Part shown: positions 9,930 to 18,212 of the stretch, piece after piece
Position numbering within the stretch: position 1 is the first letter of the stretch
Layout of the letters: each line of letters opens with the position of its first letter
IMG/VR virus record: IMGVR_UViG_3300012890_000080
Span: 1 to 26,765 of that record
From: a virus
Lineage: Duplodnaviria; Caudoviricetes
DNA length: 26,765 bases
Direction: 5' to 3' (one strand)
The notes under the pieces: generated by a model
Databases searched by the model: none
What the model was told of the DNA's origin: nothing
What the model saw: only the letters and a program-made list of their open reading frames with translations
Made by a program: the position numbers and the translations under genes

Positions 9930-10243
9930 TTGTTACCTCCAAAACGAGCAGCCGCTTCGACGGCGTTCTCGATCCAACCGTCAGGGGCTTGATCGGAATG
10001 GCCGCGCGCCAGTTCAGGGCCGTATGGGGTGGCGTTGCTCACTCGACCGGGCTGGCCAGACGCCGTTGGCGTTTCGATCTGCCAAGCACCACGAAACTCG
10101 CCGGTATCGACCGGGGAGCCCTCGATCAGCTTGCGCCCAACATCGAGGGTGATCTTCTGCGTGGTTTCCAGGACCTTTTGCTCTTGCAGCTTGGCGAACT
10201 TGGACCGGGCCGCAATCAGCTTGCTCATGTCGAACGAGATCAT
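9926..10243 (-). CDS. HK97 gp10-like neck / tail-completion protein
   Basis: SPVDTGEFRGAW...N.TPYG..L..GHS.QAP.G motif. Confidence 0.85.
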   Translation of the reverse strand: MISFDMSKLIAARSKFAKLQEQKVLETTQKITLDVGRKLIEGSPVDTGEFRGAWQIETPTASGQPGRVSNATPYGPELARGHSDQAPDGWIENAVEAAARFGGNK

Positions 10244-10578
10244 CAGGAGACCTCCGCGACGTAGAGCACCGGCTTGTTGGCCTCGTAGAAGGTGTTGACG
10301 TGGCCAACGGTGAACGTCTGGCCCGCGAACACGATGGTGTCGCCTCGCGTGGGTTTGGTCTGCATCTTGGCAACCGTGCGGAAGACCTCGCGGCCATCCT
10401 CGTCCAGCGTCTCTGCTGGGCCAAGGACCATGCGAACCGTGCGGGGCGCAGCCGACACAGGAACCATGCGGTCCAAGTCTGCATCATAGACAGTGCCCTG
10501 TCCCGTGACGGTGCCGTTAGCCCCAAAACGGACCAGCAAGCGTGCCTCAAGGGCAATCATGTTGTCGGCGAACGCCAT
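10243..10578 (-). CDS. Head-closure / head-tail joining protein
   Basis: 111 aa, with start and stop overlapping both neighbours, a PTRGDTIVFAGQTFTV beta-barrel-like motif, and the expected position. Confidence 0.7.
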   Translation of the reverse strand: MAFADNMIALEARLLVRFGANGTVTGQGTVYDADLDRMVPVSAAPRTVRMVLGPAETLDEDGREVFRTVAKMQTKPTRGDTIVFAGQTFTVGHVNTFYEANKPVLYVAEVS

Positions 10579-10967
10579 TAGCGTTGCAGCCTCGAAAAGC
10601 GAACAGCGGTGCTCTGCGGGGCGGGAGCGAGGGGCGCGAGCATAGCGGTGATCTGCGGGAAGGGATCGCTCGTCGCGTTCAGATACTCAGTCTCCACGAG
10701 CGCACCCGTGCTGGACTGTTCCTTGAGGCGCTTTACGTCCTGGGTTGCGCGGAGTGCAGGGGCTTCGACCATTTCCAGCGCGAGCAGCGCGATAGCGTCG
10801 TTGAACACGAGCTGTTCGGTTGGCGTGAGCGTCGAGCGAACAGGGTAATAGGCGCGCTGGTAATCCATCGCCTTCGCGAGTGCCGCTTGCTGATTCGCAA
10901 GTGTGGATGGCCAGTCGTTCTGGCGTAGCTTGTGGAAAGCGGTTATGGTCTCAATGCTTAGGCTCAT
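10578..10967 (-). CDS. Head-tail adaptor / connector protein
   Basis: First gene after the capsid gene, mostly helical. The start is moved to ATG 10967 because the TAAGTATTGGCATG motif ends there. Confidence 0.7.
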   Translation of the reverse strand: MSLSIETITAFHKLRQNDWPSTLANQQAALAKAMDYQRAYYPVRSTLTPTEQLVFNDAIALLALEMVEAPALRATQDVKRLKEQSSTGALVETEYLNATSDPFPQITAMLAPLAPAPQSTAVRFSRLQR

Positions 10968-10979
10968 GCCAATACTTAT
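10965..10979 (-). promoter_or_regulatory. Putative late promoter with leaderless start: ATAAGTATTGGCATG
   Basis: 15 nt identical to the three 18-mer copies. Confidence 0.7.
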
Positions 10980-10990
10980 GCTCATGGCGA

Positions 10991-11014
10991 ACCCCGACTG
11001 TTGCCAGCCGGGGT
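10991..11014 (-). terminator. Stem-loop after the major capsid gene (ACCCCGGCTG-GCAA-CAGTCGGGGT)
   Basis: 10 bp stem with one G-U pair on the minus strand, GNRA loop, weak U-tract. Confidence 0.6.
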
Positions 11015-11040
11015 CGTCATTAAGCCGAAGCTAGGTGTCC

Positions 11041-12024
11041 TTAGACAGCTGGCTTTGGATTGAGGATTACGAGTGGGACCTTCTTTGGGTCGGTCGCCAG
11101 CTTGTAAGCGTTGGCCTCGGCCAGGTCGGTGTGCGATGGACCACCCTTAGCGGCGAAGGTGCCGGTGAAGTCGAAGCCCATTGGGTGGATGATCTGCTTC
11201 CAGCGGAACCAGATGGTGTCCTGCCCCGAACCGTGACCTGCACTCGCATCGCTTTCAACTTCCACGCTCTTGCGCGCCTGAGGAGCGGACGAGTAGTGGA
11301 ACAGGCCGTCGCCTAGACCGATGACACGATCACCAAAGCGGTCGTCAACAACCACCTTCAGCTTTGCGACAGTTGCAACGTCGGTGTCTGCGGTGCTGCG
11401 GGTAGTTTCCACGATGCCTGCCAGCTGGAGGTCCAGATAGCGTGCCGAGTTCATACCGATGGTCTTGATGACGCCAGCGTTGTCGCCCTTCGATGCCTGG
11501 AGCATCTTGAGGACCTGCTTGATGTCGAAGTCGCCGTCCATCGTCTGGATCAGCTTCTTGGTCTCGGTGTCGGTGGTCTTGGTGATGCCATCGAGGACTG
11601 CGAAGAACAGTGCGACTTCGTCGCTGTTCTTGTAGTTCGAGATGCGCGAGCTAAGTGCGGTCAGCGGGTCCACGCCAGTGAAATCCTGGACGAGGTTCAT
11701 ACCCGAAATACCCACGTTGCGGTGGTTGCGGACTGCGCTCCACAGCTTGGTGTCCATCTTCAGAGGAGTTGCACGGTCCGCGGGATCGTCGTTCGAGATG
11801 TTGCTCTCGACGTATTCGAGGTCGTTCCATGCCTGGACCTCAGTGCGGATGCCCGCACCGTCAGCGAGTGTGGCTGCGATTGCAGCGGAACTGGTCATAA
11901 CACCAGCAGTGCGGAAGGGGTTGGTGCCTGCGTTGTAGGCTTCGTCAATTGCGCCCCAGACAGTGCTGGTAGGCAGCTTTGCGAAGTCCTCCAGCGTCAG
12001 AACATGATCGCGATCATATGCCAT
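11041..12024 (-). CDS. Major capsid protein
   Basis: 327 aa after the scaffold gene, with W.DL...ESN.S.DDP and VVVDD...HPMGF.F motifs of coat proteins; SD GGAGA. Confidence 0.9.
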   Translation of the reverse strand: MAYDRDHVLTLEDFAKLPTSTVWGAIDEAYNAGTNPFRTAGVMTSSAAIAATLADGAGIRTEVQAWNDLEYVESNISNDDPADRATPLKMDTKLWSAVRNHRNVGISGMNLVQDFTGVDPLTALSSRISNYKNSDEVALFFAVLDGITKTTDTETKKLIQTMDGDFDIKQVLKMLQASKGDNAGVIKTIGMNSARYLDLQLAGIVETTRSTADTDVATVAKLKVVVDDRFGDRVIGLGDGLFHYSSAPQARKSVEVESDASAGHGSGQDTIWFRWKQIIHPMGFDFTGTFAAKGGPSHTDLAEANAYKLATDPKKVPLVILNPKPAV

Positions 12025-12092
12025 AATTCTTATATCTCCACTTGTGGACTAGCCGGTCCACAAGGGGAGCCGGGCGACGCTACTGTCGTCGC

Positions 12093-12103
12093 CCCCTATT
12101 TAG
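12093..12103 (-). promoter_or_regulatory. Putative late promoter CTAAATAGGGG (leadered)
   Basis: Repeat motif upstream of the capsid gene, followed by a 5' hairpin. Confidence 0.65.
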
Positions 12104-12124
12104 TCTGACGTTCCACTTGACTTT

Positions 12125-12736
12125 TCAGAGTTGGACTTTGAGGTTTGGCCGTCCAACCGCATCAGCAATCGCGTTAGCTTCTGCTGGGTCTGCCAACTGG
12201 ATTTTCGCGAACTCGGTGAAGTTGAAGTTCTCCTTCGTCATGCGAGATGCCTTGGTGTTGTCGCTACCAGTCGCACCGCCACCATTGTGGTCTGCGGCAA
12301 GAATGTAGCGTTGTCCTTCCTTGGCGAAGAAAGTCTTGGCGTAGTCATTCAGAGCCTGACCGCCCACAGTTGGCTCGTCGCCGTCTGCATCTAGTTCCGT
12401 GAGGATGAGTGCGCGCACTGCGCGAGCATCGTCAGGGTTGACCTTGTTGGCGGTGATTACATTGGCGATAGCTGCGTCACGCTTATACTCGCGCAGGCTC
12501 TTGCCCGATGCGTCTGCCTGTTCCAGGGCAGTATTCAAGTCGCGCTCTGCCTTTTCGGCACGCTTCGTCATCTTCTCTAGTTCAGTGGAGTTTGCGGTAG
12601 TGGCTGCCTCGGTAGCTTCTTCCTTCTCGCGCTCTGCTTTTTCAGCACGAGCCTTTTCCAGCTTGAGAAGAGCGTGAAGTTCGTTGACTTTGTTCTTGAG
12701 GCCGGTCAGGTCCTCTTCATTGTTGGTTTCTCTCAT
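12125..12736 (-). CDS. Capsid scaffolding protein
   Basis: 203 aa charged coiled-coil with GGGATG near the C-terminus, directly upstream of the capsid gene; SD AAGGA. Confidence 0.8.
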   Translation of the reverse strand: MRETNNEEDLTGLKNKVNELHALLKLEKARAEKAEREKEEATEAATTANSTELEKMTKRAEKAERDLNTALEQADASGKSLREYKRDAAIANVITANKVNPDDARAVRALILTELDADGDEPTVGGQALNDYAKTFFAKEGQRYILAADHNGGGATGSDNTKASRMTKENFNFTEFAKIQLADPAEANAIADAVGRPNLKVQL

Positions 12737-12812
12737 AGCGTCCTTTCAGCCCTTGGCTTTCTGGGTTGCGGCCTTGCCGCGTTCTCAGTCTCGGCCTAGC
12801 TTCGACTGCTGA

Positions 12813-12821
12813 CTACTTATC
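12813..12821 (-). promoter_or_regulatory. Putative late promoter GATAAGTAG (leadered, scaffold gene)
   Basis: TAARTA at 12814-12819, 77 nt upstream of the scaffold ATG. Confidence 0.55.
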
Positions 12822-12831
12822 AGGAGTGAAC

Positions 12832-13377
12832 ATGAGAGGGATTGTCACGCTCGCCGCATTGGCCAGCGTTCTGACCGGTTGTGACAGCAAGCCGCAGATG
12901 TCACAGGCGGAAATCGACAAGTGGATGTCTGCGCCACCGCTCGATGAGAACGGTAACAGGGCGAAACCTGGTCCTTCTCGCGAGGAGGTTGCTAATCGAG
13001 GCCTCGACAAGGTGATCTACCCCAAGTGCGACAAGGCATTCGCAGGCGGTAAGATAACTTCGTGTGGAAAAAGAGCCTTCACCATAGCGATGAATGAGTG
13101 CCGAGGGCGCGCTACATCCTATGTTCCAGGAGGGGCGCTATTGGACGAGTATAGCGGCGATAGTTGGCAGGACGCTGCTGGCAAATCTGAGACATGGAAT
13201 GACGATAAGCGGCTCAAAGTAATGGCGGTGAGCTTCAGCGATGTAAGCCTAACTCAATATGTCGCTGTAGCGATGGGCAATGGCACCAGCGACATACAGC
13301 ATTTTTCTTGTCATCTTGATAAAGCCTTCCATCTGAAGGCTTTCGCTGGAGCCGGTGTGACGCACAAGCAGGTTTAG
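12832..13377 (+). CDS. Putative lipoprotein (moron)
   Basis: SD CAGGAG and ATG 12832 give MRGIVTLAALASVLTGC, a signal peptide with lipobox LTG|C. It is on the opposite strand to the head genes. Confidence 0.8.
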   Translation: MRGIVTLAALASVLTGCDSKPQMSQAEIDKWMSAPPLDENGNRAKPGPSREEVANRGLDKVIYPKCDKAFAGGKITSCGKRAFTIAMNECRGRATSYVPGGALLDEYSGDSWQDAAGKSETWNDDKRLKVMAVSFSDVSLTQYVAVAMGNGTSDIQHFSCHLDKAFHLKAFAGAGVTHKQV

Positions 13378-14447
13378 TTGAGCAGTGATTTATACCGGGT
13401 CCGTAGTTCATCAAGCGTGAGCACGGACCCGTCGGTCTTGATGAAGTCTTCCAACTTCAACTTGCCACTGCGCCACATCTGAGCACGGGTTGGACCCAGA
13501 ATCTGATCCTGAAATCCTTCCCCTTTGCGCTTGAGGAAGTCCGCAAACGTGGTGTCGGCGGCGACCTGTCCGTCCATGCTCGCGCGAGTGCCCTTGGGCA
13601 GTTCTTTGGCATCGACGCCTAGTTCGTTGAACGACTTGGTGACGGGAACGCTGACGCTGCGGCAGCGAATGTGACGCGGAGGGATTGGACCTTCGCCAAT
13701 GGGGAAGAACTGACCCGATAGGCCCGCGCATGTGATCGTCGTGCGCCCGTCGAGCGTGGCGAGGAATTGCCAGCCCTTTACGATGTGGGCGTTGGCTTTC
13801 CAGGTGTCCTGAGCCGCTACGTTGGAGACGTGGCTAACAGCGGTGCGAACCATGGATTGCGCGGAGCGGCGGCTAACGTCCATGATGCCGTCTCGGTAGC
13901 CCATTGCCTTGGTGCCACGGATGCGGGCGACGATCTGGTCTGTGCTTTCGCTGGCGACCATGCCCAGGCGGATTTGCTGCTCCACACGCTGGATGCGTCC
14001 GGCGCTCATGCCCTCTACCCACGACGACAAGAGGGAGCCCTGGATTGGCGTCTCGGTCACGATGGCTTTGAGGCGCGTTGCAGAAGGGAGGCCGGTGCCG
14101 AGTTCGACGCCGAGCGCGGTGTCGATCGACGCCTTTTGGAAGCCCGCTTCGGCCGCGCTGAACTGGTGCAGCTCGTCCGTGAGGGCGGCTTCCACATCTG
14201 TGTAGACTGCGCTGTTGATGGCCTTCAATTCGGCCAGCAGGGTTTGCAGCCGTTTGGTCGTCGCGGGTCCGGTGTCGAAGCCACGCTCCTTGATCGCCAC
14301 CAAGCGAGCAGCCAGCTTTTCCAGCAGGTCTTTGTCCGCGTTGTTGAGGAGCCGAACGATCTTGTCGCTCAGCCCCTTGGCATAGCCGTTGATCGCGAGC
14401 GCGTGACGGATCGCGCGATCCTGTAGTTCCTCGTTGACGCTGGGCAT
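13374..14447 (-). CDS. Minor head protein, SPP1 gp7 / Mu gpF family
   Basis: ATLDGRTT..C..L.G...PP.H..CRS motif, directly after the portal gene. Confidence 0.92.
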   Translation of the reverse strand: MPSVNEELQDRAIRHALAINGYAKGLSDKIVRLLNNADKDLLEKLAARLVAIKERGFDTGPATTKRLQTLLAELKAINSAVYTDVEAALTDELHQFSAAEAGFQKASIDTALGVELGTGLPSATRLKAIVTETPIQGSLLSSWVEGMSAGRIQRVEQQIRLGMVASESTDQIVARIRGTKAMGYRDGIMDVSRRSAQSMVRTAVSHVSNVAAQDTWKANAHIVKGWQFLATLDGRTTITCAGLSGQFFPIGEGPIPPRHIRCRSVSVPVTKSFNELGVDAKELPKGTRASMDGQVAADTTFADFLKRKGEGFQDQILGPTRAQMWRSGKLKLEDFIKTDGSVLTLDELRTRYKSLLN

Positions 14448-14450
14448 GGC

Positions 14451-15863
14451 TTACAGTGCCAGCGTTGGACGATCCGCCGTCTCTGCCTTGGCGCGCTCGG
14501 CCTCCACCACTGGATCAACGAGGGACGAGATGATCTCGCCGTCGCGAAGGGTGTAGAGGTAGGTTTCGTGCGTGATCGCGCCGTTGAGCCAATCGTCGCG
14601 CAATTCCTTGTGCTCCGAGGGCAGCATACCGGCGGGCTGGAAGTCGGAGTTGAGGGCGAAGGTCAGCGGAGCGTCATCTACCCAACGCGCCCAGGACTGG
14701 AGCGCCTTTTCCAAGCTGGCACTTGCCTGATCCGCGAAGCCAGCAAGCGTGGCGTTCTCGGCTACACGGCGCAACAGGATCGCTTCTGGTGCCTCGGGTG
14801 CGGCCTTCTCGGGTGCAAGGATGGAGTGGCCAAGCGTCGAAAGGTCCGTCTTGATGTTCTCTAGCTGTTTAATGAGCAGTTCGGAGTTCTTGGGATCGAA
14901 GGTGAACCAGTCAACATCGACGTTCTGCTTGCTCTCCTTGATTTCGATGATGCCGTTGGGGCCAAAGTCCCACATGGGATCAATCTCGTTGCCGTTGTCG
15001 TCTTTCTCGCGCGTAAAGCCCACGATCTTGATAAGCGGGCCGCTGGTCATCCAGGTCATGTTCGCCAGCTGACCACTCAGGCGGTAATGCTGGAGGTTGA
15101 GATCAACCGTGCTCTCGATCATGCTTGGCGTGGGGCAAGTGCCTCCTTCGCTGGTGTCGAGAACGAACGGGATTTCGGTCAGAGGCTGATTGTTGATGGT
15201 GGGCACATGGCGGGTGAAACGGTCGTTGGAAAACTGTCTGTTGCCATCCACGGTGTAGATGCGCTGCTCGTAGAAGCCGTCATCGTTGATGAGCAGCTGG
15301 CGCACGCGCTTGCCACCATCCTCCAAGAGGCGAACATGGACTAGCTGGTGGTTGAGGCCAACTGGTCCCTCGGTGACTTCCAGGATGCTCTCACCGCTGT
15401 AGAGTGCGACACGAGGACGGTAGCCCTTGCGATCGGCATTGTCGGCGTTGAGGCCCGTGAAGCCTTCCTTGCCGGGGTGATCGGGCAGTAGGCCGGTGAA
15501 GTTCGTGGTCAGCTTTTCGCGCACAAAGGTCTTGGCCAGTTCGGTCAGACTGTGATTGCGAGGGGTGATGGACTTGCTGAGCAACTGAGCGCGGGCGCTG
15601 CTCGTGGAAAGCTGCGCGGGCTTGCGAAAAATCAAACCCTGGATGCCGAGCGCGATCTTGCTGGTCGCCGGATAGAGTGGCGTGTTGTCGAGGTGACGCT
15701 TGTAGTGCAGAGGGCCATCATCGACTCGCATCTTAGGCAAGTAGAGTTCACCGCATAGCTTTACGGCATCCTCGCCAGCAATAAAGGTGCGGTTCTTCCT
15801 CCAACGTGCGTGCCACTTGGCAATCTCGGGAGTAGGCTGATTGATCGGCAGGGTAGTATCCAT
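14451..15863 (-). CDS. Portal protein (DUF4055-like)
   Basis: 470 aa from ATG 15863, with GE..VK..GE.YLP, IPFV and LNLQHYR.S motifs; directly after terL. Confidence 0.88.
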   Translation of the reverse strand: MDTTLPINQPTPEIAKWHARWRKNRTFIAGEDAVKLCGELYLPKMRVDDGPLHYKRHLDNTPLYPATSKIALGIQGLIFRKPAQLSTSSARAQLLSKSITPRNHSLTELAKTFVREKLTTNFTGLLPDHPGKEGFTGLNADNADRKGYRPRVALYSGESILEVTEGPVGLNHQLVHVRLLEDGGKRVRQLLINDDGFYEQRIYTVDGNRQFSNDRFTRHVPTINNQPLTEIPFVLDTSEGGTCPTPSMIESTVDLNLQHYRLSGQLANMTWMTSGPLIKIVGFTREKDDNGNEIDPMWDFGPNGIIEIKESKQNVDVDWFTFDPKNSELLIKQLENIKTDLSTLGHSILAPEKAAPEAPEAILLRRVAENATLAGFADQASASLEKALQSWARWVDDAPLTFALNSDFQPAGMLPSEHKELRDDWLNGAITHETYLYTLRDGEIISSLVDPVVEAERAKAETADRPTLAL

Positions 15864-15878
15864 GCCAATACTTATCGG
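15861..15878 (-). promoter_or_regulatory. Putative late promoter with leaderless start CCGATAAGTATTGGCATG; its TAA is also the terL stop
   Basis: Identical to the copies at 1833-1850 and 7596-7613. Confidence 0.7.
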
Positions 15879-17254
15879 CGGCGACCACTTGCTCTTGCTT
15901 GGACTGCACCCGGCACTACCACGTTCTCGGCACCCAGATTCATCAACTCCCACACACCCCAGACAAGAGCGTCCATGCGATCGGGAGACTTGCTTACGCC
16001 GGCCATGCCGAAGTCGCACATCTGCTCCTCCAACTCGGGCATCTTGCCCACGTGGTGGACCTTGCCCTGTTCATAGAGAGCGGACACTGGCTCCGCTCGA
16101 ACGTCTTTGCCGCGCGTGGCGTGAACGAGCCTGATGGGGAGCGCGTTGTGGGAGGTGCGAAGGGTCTGTTCGACCATGAGGCCGCCCTGATTCTTCTCTG
16201 CTACCACGCGGTCGGCTTTCCACATTTTGAACAGGTATGCGGTTCGATCCGCCCACTCGTTGGGAGTGCCCTTCATGGTGCTGTCTTCCAAAACGTAGCA
16301 GTGACCATCGGAGCCCAGCCCCACGACACAGATGCCCGTTTCGTCGCTGTTCTTGTTGTTGGTGGTCGAGGGATCGAGCGCCACCACAATGCGCTTGAGG
16401 TCGGGACAAGCTGCACGGCGCTCATCGCGGGTTGCGCCATCTTTAACGGGAACGCGACGACTGGGATCGTTGAACATCCAGTCCTTGAACAGCGCGCCTG
16501 GATTGTCGTTGGCCCAACTGCCCTCGATGTAGCGTTTGCGATCTGCCGCGCTCATTGTGGACGCCATGGTGCGAAGGTAATCGTCGCCCAAGTGCGCCAA
16601 GTTGTTCTCGGGCGACATTTTGCACGCAACCCACTCATCGTGATTGTCCAGCGAGTTACCATCAATGGGGTTCACACCCAGGATGAACGCCTGATAGTCA
16701 TAATCCTTCTTGGATCGAGGATTGCAGTCTAGGTAAGCCTTGTTTTTGAGAACGCGTCCATCGATCGTCTCGCTGACATAGCGAAGTCGGCCAGTGAGCA
16801 AGCTGACATGCTTGTAGGTGAACTCATTGCATTCGTTGAGCCAGACCGTGTTGTATTCGTCACCAAGCACCTTGGTCAGGCGGTTTTCGTCCAAGCCGTC
16901 AAAGAAGAGCCATGAGCCGTTGGGTAGTTGCAGGCTCAAGTCTGACAGACTGACTTGGCAGCGATCCCACAGGCCGGGGAACACCTTGGACATGACCTCG
17001 CGAAGTGTCTTGTCGAAAAGGGTCTTTTCGCAGGAGTTGCGGGTCAGGCGGAAGATACCGTGGCGTGAACCAGGCGCAGCCATGGCACGCAGGAGGATCA
17101 CACTCATAATGAAGAAGCTCTTCCCCGAACCACCACCTCCATAGAACAGATGGAACTTGTGGTAGTCGTCCTGAGCAAACCCATAGGCGGCTTGCTGGTC
17201 TCTGTTGAGTTGAAGTTGTGGCTTTATTCCCGTGGCTGGCTTTTTTGTCTCCAT
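15872..17254 (-). CDS. terL: Terminase large subunit
   Basis: Walker A GGGGSGKS, Walker B-like VWLNE, coupling motif DCNP, and nuclease-domain motifs ALDP, AEKNQGG and SPDRMDA. Confidence 0.96.
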   Translation of the reverse strand: METKKPATGIKPQLQLNRDQQAAYGFAQDDYHKFHLFYGGGGSGKSFFIMSVILLRAMAAPGSRHGIFRLTRNSCEKTLFDKTLREVMSKVFPGLWDRCQVSLSDLSLQLPNGSWLFFDGLDENRLTKVLGDEYNTVWLNECNEFTYKHVSLLTGRLRYVSETIDGRVLKNKAYLDCNPRSKKDYDYQAFILGVNPIDGNSLDNHDEWVACKMSPENNLAHLGDDYLRTMASTMSAADRKRYIEGSWANDNPGALFKDWMFNDPSRRVPVKDGATRDERRAACPDLKRIVVALDPSTTNNKNSDETGICVVGLGSDGHCYVLEDSTMKGTPNEWADRTAYLFKMWKADRVVAEKNQGGLMVEQTLRTSHNALPIRLVHATRGKDVRAEPVSALYEQGKVHHVGKMPELEEQMCDFGMAGVSKSPDRMDALVWGVWELMNLGAENVVVPGAVQARASGRRR

Positions 17255-17265
17255 CGGCTACTTAG
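17252..17265 (-). promoter_or_regulatory. Putative late promoter with leaderless start: CTAAGTAGCCGATG
   Basis: TAARTA at 17259-17264, ATG 4 nt downstream, no SD. Confidence 0.6.
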
Positions 17266-17324
17266 CGGATGACAAGTTATTTCAACGACGCTAGTTGGTC
17301 TCATCCTCTACAAGGGAGGACAAC

Positions 17325-17783
17325 ATGAGCGCACTACCGGCACTGGCACTATTGCAGGCAGCACCTCAGGCGGCTGAACAGCCACTTGTGTGGGATTGCA
17401 TACGAGTGGGCATGACGGATAAGGTCGCGGAAGCGGCTTGCGGCAAAAAGCACTATGGCGATGTGCGCTTTCACTACACCGCTACAGTTTCTTACGAGAA
17501 CAAGGGCAAGACGGTTAGCAGTCTGACGCTGCGGAGTTTCTACACCACCGGGGCAACAATGGTTGCGGGGCTGGAACAGCGGTTTGGCAAGGCCACCACA
17601 GTTCAGCGGGTGGACCGCGATATGCTGGAGGGTGTGGGCCTCGGTAGCATCGTGACGGATGGGCAGCTTTTTACGTGGCGCTTGCCCTACATGACGGTTG
17701 AATACCTACAGCCGGGCAACGGCAAGAGCGGGCAGGTGCGCTACACAGTTGTGGACACGACCCGGAGCGACTTGGTGTTCTGA
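17325..17783 (+). CDS. Hypothetical, possibly exported protein
   Basis: Strong SD GGAGGA before ATG 17325; short hydrophobic Ala/Leu N-terminus; 152 aa. Confidence 0.7.
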   Translation: MSALPALALLQAAPQAAEQPLVWDCIRVGMTDKVAEAACGKKHYGDVRFHYTATVSYENKGKTVSSLTLRSFYTTGATMVAGLEQRFGKATTVQRVDRDMLEGVGLGSIVTDGQLFTWRLPYMTVEYLQPGNGKSGQVRYTVVDTTRSDLVF

Positions 17784-17806
17784 TATGGTTGGGCGATAAG
17801 GCAGGC

Positions 17807-18067
17807 ATGAGCGAGACGGTGGAATTGCAGCCAGGCACGCTGGAGCGCCTGAGCGAGATTGACGAGTGGCTGAAGAAGTTCACGAAGAACCCAATCAGGG
17901 TGATGATGGGTCAACGCCCTCGTGTCATCGAGGTAGGTCGCTATAACGTGGCTGGGCAGGACACGATCTTCGATGGCGATGCGAAGCCGATCGGTGGCGG
18001 GGCCACGCTGCGCTTCATCTTCGACGAACCTCGCGAGGCCACGCTCTTCAAGCTCACGTGGCGCTGA
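17807..18067 (+). CDS. Hypothetical small phage-type protein
   Basis: 86 aa from ATG 17807, ending FIFDEPREATLFKLTWR. Confidence 0.65.
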   Translation: MSETVELQPGTLERLSEIDEWLKKFTKNPIRVMMGQRPRVIEVGRYNVAGQDTIFDGDAKPIGGGATLRFIFDEPREATLFKLTWR

Positions 18068-18212
18068 CTGGTTTTTGAGGGTGGAGGAGAAAATCTCGCG
18101 GGGGCGGTGGTTTTCTAGAAAGTAGAATCTAGCGGTTATGCGACGGCCAAAACCGGAACATCCGGGGTCATAACATCTGGCGCGATGAAGACCCGCTGGA
18201 CGAGGAAGAGAG

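Noticed and set aside
14451-16019. 522 aa portal ORF as given in the track
   Set aside because: The first 52 codons overlap terL. The conserved motif places the start at ATG 15863.
124-17254. RcGTA-type gene transfer agent cluster
   Set aside because: The head module uses a scaffold plus gp7-like protein with no prohead protease, the tape measure is long, and many morons are present, unlike RcGTA.
17794-17809. CGATAAGGCAGGCATG as a plus-strand copy of the promoter box
   Set aside because: The core differs (TAAGGC) and AAGG can be explained as an SD, so it was not counted.
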